From Nanobdellota archaeon (GTDB taxonomy: Archaea; Aenigmatarchaeota; Aenigmatarchaeia; QMZP01), in the NCBI GenBank assembly GCA_018816245.1, contig JAHIVW010000002.1:18314-82313 (forward strand): a stretch of DNA of 64,000 bases, written 5' to 3'. Positions 45,774 through 54,524 of this stretch are shown in pieces. Within the stretch, counting starts at the first letter, position 1; every line of letters starts with the position of its first letter. The notes below the pieces were generated by a model. It searched no databases. It had not been told where the DNA came from and worked only from the letters and a program-made list of their open reading frames with translations. The translations under genes were made by a program, and so were the position numbers.

Positions 45774-46199
45774 TTACCAATTCGATCTACTCTTTCCCGA
45801 AAACCTGAGCATGTCGATATTCGTGAAAACATTCACTTGCTGCTGATCGTTGAAATGAGGATCATGCGTCCAGATTCCATGTGCCTTGCTTACAAGACAG
45901 CAAGCTAAATAAGCGATATCGTCTGAATCGTGTATATCACCTTGGAGCGACTCAATGAACTCATTGTATTCTCGTTCAGGGATAATCTCTATTTGGTCGA
46001 AAATGATCTTCAGGAAGACGCCAAATCCATTCTCGGTGAGACCCGTTGCCTGGAGAACCCTTTCTTTTTGTTTCCGGACTTCTGTCAAGATGAAATCCGG
46101 TGCAATGAACGCGAAGAACGAATCAAGGAGGATCTCCCGGGTTGTGCTGTCTTTTATCATCGCTGCGAGGACTCTGTTCGAATCAATGACGATCCTCAT
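45774..46199 (-). CDS. PIN-domain ribonuclease (VapC-like toxin)
   Basis: Start at ATG 46199 (MRIVIDSNRVLAAM...), with later acidic residues in PIN-like spacing (...EV..., DSDDIAYLA, WTHDPHF). 4-nt overlap with the upstream small gene. Confidence 0.7.
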   Translation of the reverse strand: MRIVIDSNRVLAAMIKDSTTREILLDSFFAFIAPDFILTEVRKQKERVLQATGLTENGFGVFLKIIFDQIEIIPEREYNEFIESLQGDIHDSDDIAYLACCLVSKAHGIWTHDPHFNDQQQVNVFTNIDMLRFSGKSRSNW

Positions 46200-46432
46200 T
46201 TGTGAAGACCGTGTCGCTCTGCAATACCCTTGTTGATCTTCCTGCCAAGTTCCAGCGCATCCTGTTCGGTAAGGGTACTCTTTACCAGAAGCTTGTCCAG
46301 AAGCTCGAGTGTTCTCGCCTTTTCCCACATCGCTTGCCGTGCCACTTCTGTCCATTTGACGTCCTTGTGCTTTTCCATGAGCTTGTGGAGTTCTACTGGA
46401 ACCGCGAGTGTCATGTTAGTCATATTTACCAC
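46196..46432 (-). CDS. putative antitoxin partner of the PIN protein
   Basis: 78 aa, MTLAVPVELHKLMEKHKDVKWTEVARQAMWEKA... The stop overlaps the PIN start (ATGA). Confidence 0.6.
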   Translation of the reverse strand: MVNMTNMTLAVPVELHKLMEKHKDVKWTEVARQAMWEKARTLELLDKLLVKSTLTEQDALELGRKINKGIAERHGLHK

Positions 46433-46552
46433 CTTACTTATGTGAAGTATTTATTCCACATATTTATAAGGTTCGCAAAGTGGGTCTTCTTGAACTCCAT
46501 GGTTGACTGGTCATGTGTTGAAATAAAATGGAGGTTGATTTCTGCCCAATAT

Positions 46553-46567
46553 TATAACATTGTTATA
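46553..46567. repeat. perfect 7+1+7 palindrome TATAACATTGTTATA, copy 5
   Basis: Read directly from the sequence. Its centre lies ~18 bp upstream of the TATA-like tcttataaac preceding uL1. Confidence 0.8.
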
Positions 46568-46638
46568 CTCAATCTTATAAACTTACACCCCTCATCATAA
46601 TTCCTATCCGTTACACTGCTTCGGCAGGAGGATGCGTT

Positions 46639-47280
46639 ATGGCAGAAAATGTCTGGCTCGCCAGCGTCAGGGACGCCCGGCAAAAAAGCAAGGATCGCAA
46701 GTTCTCCCAGACCTGGGACCTGATGATCAATGTCAAGGGCCTTGATCTGAAACGTCCTGAAAATCGTCTCAACACGGAATTCGTCCTCCCTCAGGGCCGC
46801 GGCAAGGCAATCAAGGTTGTTGTGATTGCTGACAGCATCGGCAACCAGGCACGCGAGGTTGCTGATCTGGTTATTGAAAAAGAACAGATTCTTGTCCTTG
46901 CCAAAGACAAGAAGAAACTGAAACAGATCGCAGACGAGTATGATTACTTCCTCGGCGAAGTCACGCTGATGGCACAAATCGGAAAAACCCTCGGGACCAT
47001 CCTTGGTCCACGGGGAAAGATTCCCAAACCGCTCCCACCAAAGGTTCCGGTGAAACCGTTGGTTGAACGCGCCCGCCGGACCGTCCGCATCTCACTGAAA
47101 GACACACCAGTGATCCACACTATTGTCGGCACTGACACCATGGAGGATGAAAAGATCGCGCAGAATGCAGAAGCACTGTTCAACTTCGTTCGCGACAAAC
47201 TTCCGAAAGGCCTGAACAGCATCAGGTCTGTCTACCTCAAACGAACCATGGGAGCGCCTGTGAAAGTGAATGCGAAGTGA
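46639..47280 (+). CDS. rpl1: ribosomal protein uL1
   Basis: 213 aa. FSQTWDLMINVKGLDLKRPENR... is a typical L1 N-terminus. SD-like GGAGG lies upstream. Confidence 0.9.
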   Translation: MAENVWLASVRDARQKSKDRKFSQTWDLMINVKGLDLKRPENRLNTEFVLPQGRGKAIKVVVIADSIGNQAREVADLVIEKEQILVLAKDKKKLKQIADEYDYFLGEVTLMAQIGKTLGTILGPRGKIPKPLPPKVPVKPLVERARRTVRISLKDTPVIHTIVGTDTMEDEKIAQNAEALFNFVRDKLPKGLNSIRSVYLKRTMGAPVKVNAK

Positions 47281-48197
47281 TGATTATGGTCTCCAAGAAA
47301 AACGTCGCCATGTTGCAGCACACCCAAACCCAGATCAAGGACTATCCGGTGGTTGGTATTCTGAATATGCACAACCTCCCCGGAAAACAACTGTTCCAGA
47401 TCCGGAACAGTTTGCACGGGACAGCGGTCATTCGCATGGTCCGGAAGTGTGTCCTGGAGCGCGCGCTCAAGGCTGATCCGCGAAAGGAACTCGACCAGCT
47501 TATCAAGTATATCCAAGGCGAACCAGCGCTCCTGCTTTCCAACGAAGATCCTTTCAAACTTGCGCGCATGATCGCAGACGCAAAGTCGCCTGCAAAGGCG
47601 AAAGAAGGTGACATCGCACCGCATGATATTGAAGTCAAGGCAGGCCCGACACCGCTTGCTCCTGGCCCTGCTATTGGCGAACTCCAGAAAGTGAAGCTCT
47701 CCGTTGGTGTGGAAGGCGACAAGATCGCCGTGAAGAAGGACACCGTGGTTGCAAAACAAGGGGATGTCATCACCAAGCAGCTCGCTAGTGTCCTTGCAAA
47801 ACTGAATATTGAACCCATGGAAATCGGTCTCACCCTGGTCGCGGCTGCAGAAAAAGGTATGATATACACGAGCGACGTGCTCTTCGTGTCACAGCAAGAG
47901 TACCTTGACAAGATCATGGCAGGCGGTACTGCCGCACTGAACCTGTCCGTCGTCATCGGCTACGTCACCAAGGAAAATATTGAAGTCTTCATCAGCAAGG
48001 CAAGCCGCGAGGCAAAAGCCTTGGCAATCGAAGCAGGCATCCTCACCAGCGAAACCGTTGGCCCGTTGCTCGCAAAGGGCGATGCCCAGGCACAGGAGCT
48101 CAAGAAGCATGTAAAGGAACCAGAGAAAAAGGAAGAAGTAAAAGACGAGAAGTCTGACGAAAAGAAACCAGCTGAAGAAGCTGAGGAGAAATCATAG
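47277..48197 (+). CDS. rpl10: ribosomal stalk protein uL10 (P0)
   Basis: 306 aa. Sits between uL1 and P1, with a P0-like N-domain and a K/E-rich tail. It lacks the terminal GLxxLFG peptide. Confidence 0.85.
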   Translation: MMIMVSKKNVAMLQHTQTQIKDYPVVGILNMHNLPGKQLFQIRNSLHGTAVIRMVRKCVLERALKADPRKELDQLIKYIQGEPALLLSNEDPFKLARMIADAKSPAKAKEGDIAPHDIEVKAGPTPLAPGPAIGELQKVKLSVGVEGDKIAVKKDTVVAKQGDVITKQLASVLAKLNIEPMEIGLTLVAAAEKGMIYTSDVLFVSQQEYLDKIMAGGTAALNLSVVIGYVTKENIEVFISKASREAKALAIEAGILTSETVGPLLAKGDAQAQELKKHVKEPEKKEEVKDEKSDEKKPAEEAEEKS

Positions 48198-48224
48198 TCA
48201 TTATTGACAAAGGAGGTATGAAAT

Positions 48225-48521
48225 ATGGAATACATCTACGCAGCACTCCTCCTGCACGCAGCAAAGAAGGACATCACTGAAGCAGCAGTCACGAAGGTGC
48301 TCGACGCAACTGGCACGAAATCAGACGCAGCCCGCGTCAAGGCGTTGGTTGCATCACTCGATGGCGTGAACATTGAGGAAGCGATCAAAAAGGCCGCCGC
48401 ACCGGTTGCCGCTGCTCCGGCTGCATCTGCCCCGTCAGAAGCAAAGAAGGAAGAGAAGAAAGAAGACGAGGGCAAGAAGGCAGAAGAAGCTGCAGCAGGA
48501 CTGTCGAGTCTGTTCGGATAA
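48225..48521 (+). CDS. rpl12: ribosomal stalk protein P1 (aL12)
   Basis: [15 protein letters not shown]..., an Ala/Pro hinge, a K/E linker and the terminal [10 protein letters not shown]. Confidence 0.9.
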   Translation: MEYIYAALLLHAAKKDITEAAVTKVLDATGTKSDAARVKALVASLDGVNIEEAIKKAAAPVAAAPAASAPSEAKKEEKKEDEGKKAEEAAAGLSSLFG

Positions 48522-48524
48522 TGT

Positions 48525-48556
48525 CTCCCCGGTTCCCGGGGAACCTTCTTTTCTTT
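48525..48556 (+). terminator. GC hairpin plus T-run after the stalk operon
   Basis: CCCCGG-ttc-CCGGGG (or GGTTCC-cgg-GGAACC) followed by ttcttttcttt. The TAA of the convergent giant gene (48555-48557) lies in the T-run. Confidence 0.55.
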
Positions 48557-51500
48557 AGGTTTTTGTTGTTGCAGGGACGCTCTTGTGATCATTACTCATG
48601 TGACTGGTGAAGAAATCATAAAGTGGGCCCCTCCCAGACGATGATCCGGATGTTCCGGACGACCCAGATGCCACTGATGTTGCGGCTTTTGCAGTGGCCT
48701 TTGTGTTTCCGACAAGACCGCCGCCAGCTTCCCCACCACCAAAGAAGTCAACAACCGTGCCCCCGAAATCACCGATCGGCTGCGTAAACCAGGCCGTGAC
48801 CCCGAACAGGCAGATCACGCCGGTTCCTATTGCGGCAATGTTCTCCCAATGATCGAAGATGCTGTCGTCTTCCTCGTCGTCATCGTCTTCGTTCTTCCCT
48901 TCGAGTTCGTCGATTTCCTTCTCGATATCCTCGGCCTCGTCCTTGTGATCGGCGATTGCGGGAAGCGCCCAGGTCGCGTAGCACGCGGCAATGGTCAGGG
49001 CAGCGCCGAAGAGCGTGCACCAGTTCTTTCCGGCGACGCTAGTTGCAGTGGACGTTCCTGTAGCGGCGCCGGTTGCACCTGCATCTTGGAAGGAGAGTAT
49101 TTGTTGAGGTTCAAGCGGTGCAAGATTAGGAATTAAACCTCCTTGATTATCCCCAATATTTGGAACGGTCCCATCTGGGAGGCTTCCTGGATTTCCTGGC
49201 GGTTTTGCACTAAAAGGAATACTCGGATCCTCAGCAGGTGGAATACTTGGCGCAGCCTTCCCAGCCGCTTCATCAGCAGGCGACGCCTTCCCGGTTGTCT
49301 TCTCCTTGTAACACGCAATCCCGAGTCCAACAACGATAATCCCTGCGATAATCAGTTGCGTTGTCAGACAATTCGCTGCGTGTTCCTCTTCTGCGAGATC
49401 ATCTTCCAGCTCTTCCTTTTCTTCAAGAAGCGAATTCAGGACATCTTCGCCGTCCCGGAAGAGGGTTACGTCCTGCTTGGCCGTCACCGCAACGAGCTCG
49501 CTCTTTTGGGGAAGCTTCAGTTCCATGTCAATCTGCAAGGTCGTGTCAATGTCCCCGACATCATCTTCCGTGGTTGACACGCCTTCAAGTGGCTTTGGAG
49601 AAATATGACAGATGTACTTCTCGCCATCCGGTTCACACCCAATGAACGTCTCTTTCCCGAAGAGTTTCGCAGTTACGCTGTCGATGGTCGTTCCTGCAGG
49701 CACCTTGGTCAGCTTCACCGAAATGTCAAACCCTTTCAGGAAAATACACATTGCCCCCCGTTCCTGGACCTTGCACTCCGGCTTCTCAGGATCAACGCTG
49801 AGAATGGCAAGACTAATTTTGGACTGGGGAACGCACACACTATCAAGATCATCCCCACCCGGGACACAGGAGTACTCCGGTCCGAAGGATGGATTGAGTT
49901 CACAGGCACAGTCGAGACACGAATTCTTTGCAGACTCACCCAGATCCGCCTGGCATACCCCATCATGTTCAAGATACGAGAACGAAATGTCAAACCTCGG
50001 AAGATCCAGAGCAAGATCCTTGATCTGCTCGCCTGCGCCGTCCGGGAACTGGGCAATCACGAAAATAGTCGGCTCAAGGGACGCAGTTAAGGCACCCTCA
50101 TCAAAACTGGCCAGATCATGATAATTGGAAATTTGAGGAACCGTAAGCGTGCACGTTAGGTGATTGGCATTCAATAGGTCACAGGTAACGGAACAAGGGA
50201 CATCCTCATCAAAGAAGCAGCCAATTCCACTGAGAATCACCCCAGTCGGTGGTTTCACGAGATGGAATTCGACGAGTGCGTCATTCTCCTGCGTCGCAAC
50301 AAAGGCTGTGTCAGAAACTGCATCCAGATCCAGCTTCACTACATCAAGAACGCGGCAGATGTCGTTTGGTCCTGGTGTCCCTGTTGAATCGCAGTACTCT
50401 CCTGCTCCGCAGCCGGTATCGATGCAACAAATCTCACCAAGGGATGCAATGCCGTCACCGCAGTAGTTTGTTCCAATCCCGGTTGCAAAGCTGAGGTCAA
50501 GCGTCTCCCCGACGGTGACACCACTACACGTTGTGACCGTTGTCGGGAAGCTCAAGGTGGTGTAGTGGGTGTAGCTCTTTGTTGGAGCACCATTCACGAT
50601 CGTGAACGGCACCGTGCAGGTAAGTGGCAAGACTCCATTGACGACTGTTCCTTTCGTACATGTTGCACTGCATGTGGACTGGCAGGCACTCCCTTCACTC
50701 TCCGTGCAACTCGAGGTGCAGGTTGGTGCCCCGACGCTGTAACCGCCAGGAATATTATCAAGTTCAATGCTTGTTGTGACCTCAACACTCCCGTCTGCTG
50801 CGGTTCCGCTCACCCCGGTTGGGTTTGTTGTAATGAGGTGAATATTCGATCCTGTTGGCAGTGTTGTACAGACACCGGGGTCATCAGGATTCGAGGGATT
50901 CACAAAGGTACACACCGTTCCTGAGGCACAAGCATCAGAACAATCCTTGGCACAATTCTGAACATTCTCTCCGAGGCCGCTTTCGCAGACCGTGTTCCCA
51001 CAGGTCCATGACCCAACCGTGATCTGCGGGAAATTCGTGGAAATGGTTTTCGTGAGCGTTCCCTGCTTGGTCGCATCACTATACACCATCACAAAGGTCA
51101 TGGTATTTGGTGACAGAACATAATTCTCGCCAGAACAGGCAGGATCAGCAGGCACCACAACAGCACACTGGTAGGTATCATTACTCACCGGCGTGCAGGC
51201 AGCCATCGTTTCCGGGCCCCCGCCAAGCGAATAACGCGCTTGACTGAGTGATGCACCAGGAAGCATGTTGACAACCTTGAATTGGAGCTGTAGAGTATTC
51301 GCTACCTGGCAATTGCTGATTGCGGTGTTCGGTGTCCCGGCATTCACCAGTGCCATGGTTTCCTGATAACATGAAAAGGTCCCGTCGTCGAGGACGCACA
51401 CCATCTGATTCGGGCATCCGCCACAGTCAATGCAAGCAGTGATGGGTGTTTCTCCGGATTCGCAAATCCCATTCCCAATTGAGCCAGAAGCCGCAGTATA

Positions 51501-52337
51501 TTTCTCAAGCTGGATTCCAGAACCAATTGCTGTTGCGAGCTTCGGAAAGAGGAATCCCCACTTGGTGTCAAGGCCGGTGAACAGGTTCGTCCCAACAACG
51601 AGCGGCACGAATCCTGCAGGCGGTGCATCAGCCTTCAAAACATAGAGCTTGTCAGCGTTCGGTGCTTGGATGCTTGTCACCCAATCAGCACTGACCGGAA
51701 CTGCCTTGTTCTGTTCAATATAATGTTTGATGTCGTTCACGACATCAACACTCTTCGCGTTGACCACAAGTTCGTTAATTGCCGTTGATTTGTGTTCGAA
51801 TATGTTTGTTCCTGTTCGGACAACCTGGTCCCAGTACGCGGCAACGAGCTGATCACCAGCCCGGTTCAGGCGCGTCACAATGAGAAAGCGCGCCACTTGC
51901 GGGTTGCTTGAAGAAGGGGGCGGCGACAGATGATTGGCAACTTGAGACCATGTTGTTGTGTGCGTTGCAACCCCGCCGCTGGCAATCACGGTTGCAAAGG
52001 ACGGAGTACTCGAACCAATACAATCCGTTGGTGTTGCTGCGTTCTTACATGGGATAATGTATGCGGTGTCAAGCGTAAAGGTTGTTCCGGAAATCATCAT
52101 CGACACTTGTGGATCAGTTCCCGGCGTCACGGTTATCACACGGTCTGCTTGTTCCGGAAGATACACTTGCTGATCAGGAAACGCTGGTGTCCCCAAATTC
52201 ACAATCTTCACGTTGGTTGTGTGGAGTGCCGAGACAACGCTGATACTCATGACAAGATAGACCGCTGCTGCCACACTCGCTAACACAACCATTGCTCGAA
52301 GATTCATCCTAGCACGCTCCTGTAATCGCTGCATCAC
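48555..52337 (-). CDS. giant Cys-rich membrane-anchored surface protein, type B (B2)
   Basis: 1260 aa. Signal/TM MNLRAMVVLASVAAAVYLVMSISVVSA. Four Cys modules (GNGICESGETPITACIDCGGC, TCGNTVCESGLGENVQNCAKDC, YCGDGIASLGEICCIDTGCGAGEYC, DGVCQADLGESAKNSCLDCAC). An acidic linker, then several C-terminal TM helices and a D/E run. The in-frame ATG 52307 is 1 nt after the upstream stop, so that may be the true start. Confidence 0.8.
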   Translation of the reverse strand: MMQRLQERARMNLRAMVVLASVAAAVYLVMSISVVSALHTTNVKIVNLGTPAFPDQQVYLPEQADRVITVTPGTDPQVSMMISGTTFTLDTAYIIPCKNAATPTDCIGSSTPSFATVIASGGVATHTTTWSQVANHLSPPPSSSNPQVARFLIVTRLNRAGDQLVAAYWDQVVRTGTNIFEHKSTAINELVVNAKSVDVVNDIKHYIEQNKAVPVSADWVTSIQAPNADKLYVLKADAPPAGFVPLVVGTNLFTGLDTKWGFLFPKLATAIGSGIQLEKYTAASGSIGNGICESGETPITACIDCGGCPNQMVCVLDDGTFSCYQETMALVNAGTPNTAISNCQVANTLQLQFKVVNMLPGASLSQARYSLGGGPETMAACTPVSNDTYQCAVVVPADPACSGENYVLSPNTMTFVMVYSDATKQGTLTKTISTNFPQITVGSWTCGNTVCESGLGENVQNCAKDCSDACASGTVCTFVNPSNPDDPGVCTTLPTGSNIHLITTNPTGVSGTAADGSVEVTTSIELDNIPGGYSVGAPTCTSSCTESEGSACQSTCSATCTKGTVVNGVLPLTCTVPFTIVNGAPTKSYTHYTTLSFPTTVTTCSGVTVGETLDLSFATGIGTNYCGDGIASLGEICCIDTGCGAGEYCDSTGTPGPNDICRVLDVVKLDLDAVSDTAFVATQENDALVEFHLVKPPTGVILSGIGCFFDEDVPCSVTCDLLNANHLTCTLTVPQISNYHDLASFDEGALTASLEPTIFVIAQFPDGAGEQIKDLALDLPRFDISFSYLEHDGVCQADLGESAKNSCLDCACELNPSFGPEYSCVPGGDDLDSVCVPQSKISLAILSVDPEKPECKVQERGAMCIFLKGFDISVKLTKVPAGTTIDSVTAKLFGKETFIGCEPDGEKYICHISPKPLEGVSTTEDDVGDIDTTLQIDMELKLPQKSELVAVTAKQDVTLFRDGEDVLNSLLEEKEELEDDLAEEEHAANCLTTQLIIAGIIVVGLGIACYKEKTTGKASPADEAAGKAAPSIPPAEDPSIPFSAKPPGNPGSLPDGTVPNIGDNQGGLIPNLAPLEPQQILSFQDAGATGAATGTSTATSVAGKNWCTLFGAALTIAACYATWALPAIADHKDEAEDIEKEIDELEGKNEDDDDEEDDSIFDHWENIAAIGTGVICLFGVTAWFTQPIGDFGGTVVDFFGGGEAGGGLVGNTKATAKAATSVASGSSGTSGSSSGRGPLYDFFTSHMSNDHKSVPATTKT

Positions 52338-54465
52338 ATGAGGAACTGATCATTGCTTTGACATTCTCAGGGGAACAGGTACTCGCAAAGGCGCCGGCAA
52401 CCTGTTGCGCCGTGAGGCAACCAGTTCCCTGCAGCATTGTTGCGATCGCTTGCAGATCGCTGCATGTACAGACTTGATTGAAATGATAAATGGTTGAAGC
52501 ATACGGCCCCCCAACGCGGAAGGTATCCATCCCACAGCTGTTCTTCAGGTCCATGGTTGCCTGCTGTTTGCTTGCTGTTGTTGTTCCTCCAGGAACAGGA
52601 AGTGACACCGCAAGCGGATCAGGGGTCGTCGGGACTGCCCCAGTGATCTGGAAGCCCGAGACAGGCTCCAGACCAAACGGCGACTCGGCTGAGAGGAAGT
52701 TCCCCTCGACAGTATACGTTCCGCTGACGAGTGTATCAAGCGGAGAACCACCGATTCCTGGAACTAAATGAAGGCTTGAAGGAACCGTAATCGAGCTGGC
52801 ATACTCGATACAGCTATTCACACAATCAGTGCATGTCGGATCAGTGACTGCTGCATCCCCATTCTCCGCGACAGCAACCTTGCACGCCGCGCAGGTTGGG
52901 GTGGGGTTATCATAACATCCTGATAGGTCAGTATTCAGGAAGGAATGGATCGTTTCTCCTGCTGTCAGCTTCACACTTACTGGTCCGTCAGGGACCACGG
53001 ACGTGCAGGTCGTGTATGGTGTTCCCGTTGCGACCGTCACCTCCCGGAAGGACATGGTATGAGGAACATTCACTCCAATCGTGACATCATAGCCGTTTAC
53101 GAGCTCTGCTGTAGCAACGGTTTGACTCAGGACATTGTGATCCGGTTCATAGACATGAAGGGTATCGCTTCCCGTACAGGCAACTGGTCCTGTCAGGACA
53201 CCATTTGTGTCGGTCATCCCGGAGAAGCAATCCCCGTAGATGACTGCTGCACCTGGTACTGGTGTCCCTTCGTTGTCCCGCACCCGCACGGTTCCTGTGC
53301 AGAGCAGATCAGGACAGTGTGCTGATACATCAAGTGGTGTCGCACTGTCACAACTCGCGACCTTCATCTCCTCAACAGAGACAAATCCAGCGAATCGGAA
53401 GGCATTCCCCGTGAACTCGTCTTCAACTTCAATGATGTAGGGATAGGTGAATGAGGGAGCAAAGAGGAAGGAGCTGTGGCAAATCGGCAGCGCCAAGCCT
53501 AGGATCGCCAGCGGCGGATAGTTCAGCAGCTGCTTGTTCGCATACGCGACCATGGGGGCGCTTGCGGTGAAATCAAGCCCATCAGGGAGTCGCTGTTGAA
53601 TTGTGAGATCATGATAGGAGACCCCATTAACTGTGGTAATGTCGAAGACCATTTGTTTATCGTCCTCCTTGGGGATATCCACGAACCAGTAGGTGTTCGC
53701 AAGGACGTACTCGACCACATCACTGAGCGCTTCACCGAGATCCTCGGGGGACCGGGTGAATCCTGTCCCGCACTCGTAAATCATCCCGCCGACCGGGATT
53801 CTCGAAAATCCGTCATCAGCATCTTTGACGAGGTAGAGCGAGGTAATTGTGTTGTGATCGAACTGCCGGGTGTTTGCGAAGGACGTTGCTACATCCTGAG
53901 CAAAGGAAATAATTCGGCCCAATGAGGTCGGCGTCATTGCCTGATACACAGGATTCGCTGTTGTTCCCTTAATTTTTGTTGGGATTGTTGCCGTTGCTTC
54001 GACCCTGCTGTCGAAGATTGTGATCTCAATAGAGAGTTTTGAAAGATCAAAAGTAACGTCCTTCCCCGGAAGCGGGTTGATGTTCATGTTTTCTGTAAGG
54101 TACTTCTTCAAGGCAAAAGCAAAATCAGTCTTGATCTGGTTCATGCTCGGGGCGAGATTGGTGTCGCACACCTGCCAGTAGGGGACGCCGTCACCAAGAT
54201 AGGTCGTGAATGCCGGGATCGTGCCGTCTTCATTCCCGAGCTGTTCGAGGGAAAGATAGCCGCCGTGACGTTCCATCTCGTCCACGACATGGATAATTCC
54301 ATCAGCGAGGATACCGTTCACACTGTTATGAACAAGCTGTTCGTCGCTTGAAAGGGCAGCAGGACCAATTGACGGGAGATAGTCCTGATATGCAATTGCA
54401 ATGACAACGAGTGCAACAAGAACAATACCGACCAGTGCAACGAATTCGACCTGCCCCCGTCGCAT
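52309..54465 (-). CDS. large exported protein with a class III (type IV pilin-like) signal, type A (A2)
   Basis: 718 aa. MRRG|QVEFVALVGIVLVALVVIAIA. Blocks shared with 58589..60703: HGGYLSL, GDGVPYWQVC, GFTRSP, a CarboxypepD_reg-like CTGTVRVRDNEGTPVPGAAVIYG, VPHTMSFREV and C-terminal CTCSDLQAIATML..TGCLTAQQ. Confidence 0.8.
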   Translation of the reverse strand: MRRGQVEFVALVGIVLVALVVIAIAYQDYLPSIGPAALSSDEQLVHNSVNGILADGIIHVVDEMERHGGYLSLEQLGNEDGTIPAFTTYLGDGVPYWQVCDTNLAPSMNQIKTDFAFALKKYLTENMNINPLPGKDVTFDLSKLSIEITIFDSRVEATATIPTKIKGTTANPVYQAMTPTSLGRIISFAQDVATSFANTRQFDHNTITSLYLVKDADDGFSRIPVGGMIYECGTGFTRSPEDLGEALSDVVEYVLANTYWFVDIPKEDDKQMVFDITTVNGVSYHDLTIQQRLPDGLDFTASAPMVAYANKQLLNYPPLAILGLALPICHSSFLFAPSFTYPYIIEVEDEFTGNAFRFAGFVSVEEMKVASCDSATPLDVSAHCPDLLCTGTVRVRDNEGTPVPGAAVIYGDCFSGMTDTNGVLTGPVACTGSDTLHVYEPDHNVLSQTVATAELVNGYDVTIGVNVPHTMSFREVTVATGTPYTTCTSVVPDGPVSVKLTAGETIHSFLNTDLSGCYDNPTPTCAACKVAVAENGDAAVTDPTCTDCVNSCIEYASSITVPSSLHLVPGIGGSPLDTLVSGTYTVEGNFLSAESPFGLEPVSGFQITGAVPTTPDPLAVSLPVPGGTTTASKQQATMDLKNSCGMDTFRVGGPYASTIYHFNQVCTCSDLQAIATMLQGTGCLTAQQVAGAFASTCSPENVKAMISSSCDAAITGAC

Positions 54466-54486
54466 GGTATTATTTTCTATTCAAGA

Positions 54487-54497
54487 GTATATATAAC
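54487..54497 (-). promoter_or_regulatory. TATA-like box for A2
   Basis: Minus strand gttatatatac, centred ~27 nt upstream of ATG 54465 (leaderless geometry). Overlaps a half-site TATAACAGC of the palindrome family. Confidence 0.45.
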
Positions 54498-54524
54498 AGC
54501 AAAAAGGCCACCCCTGGTTCCTCT

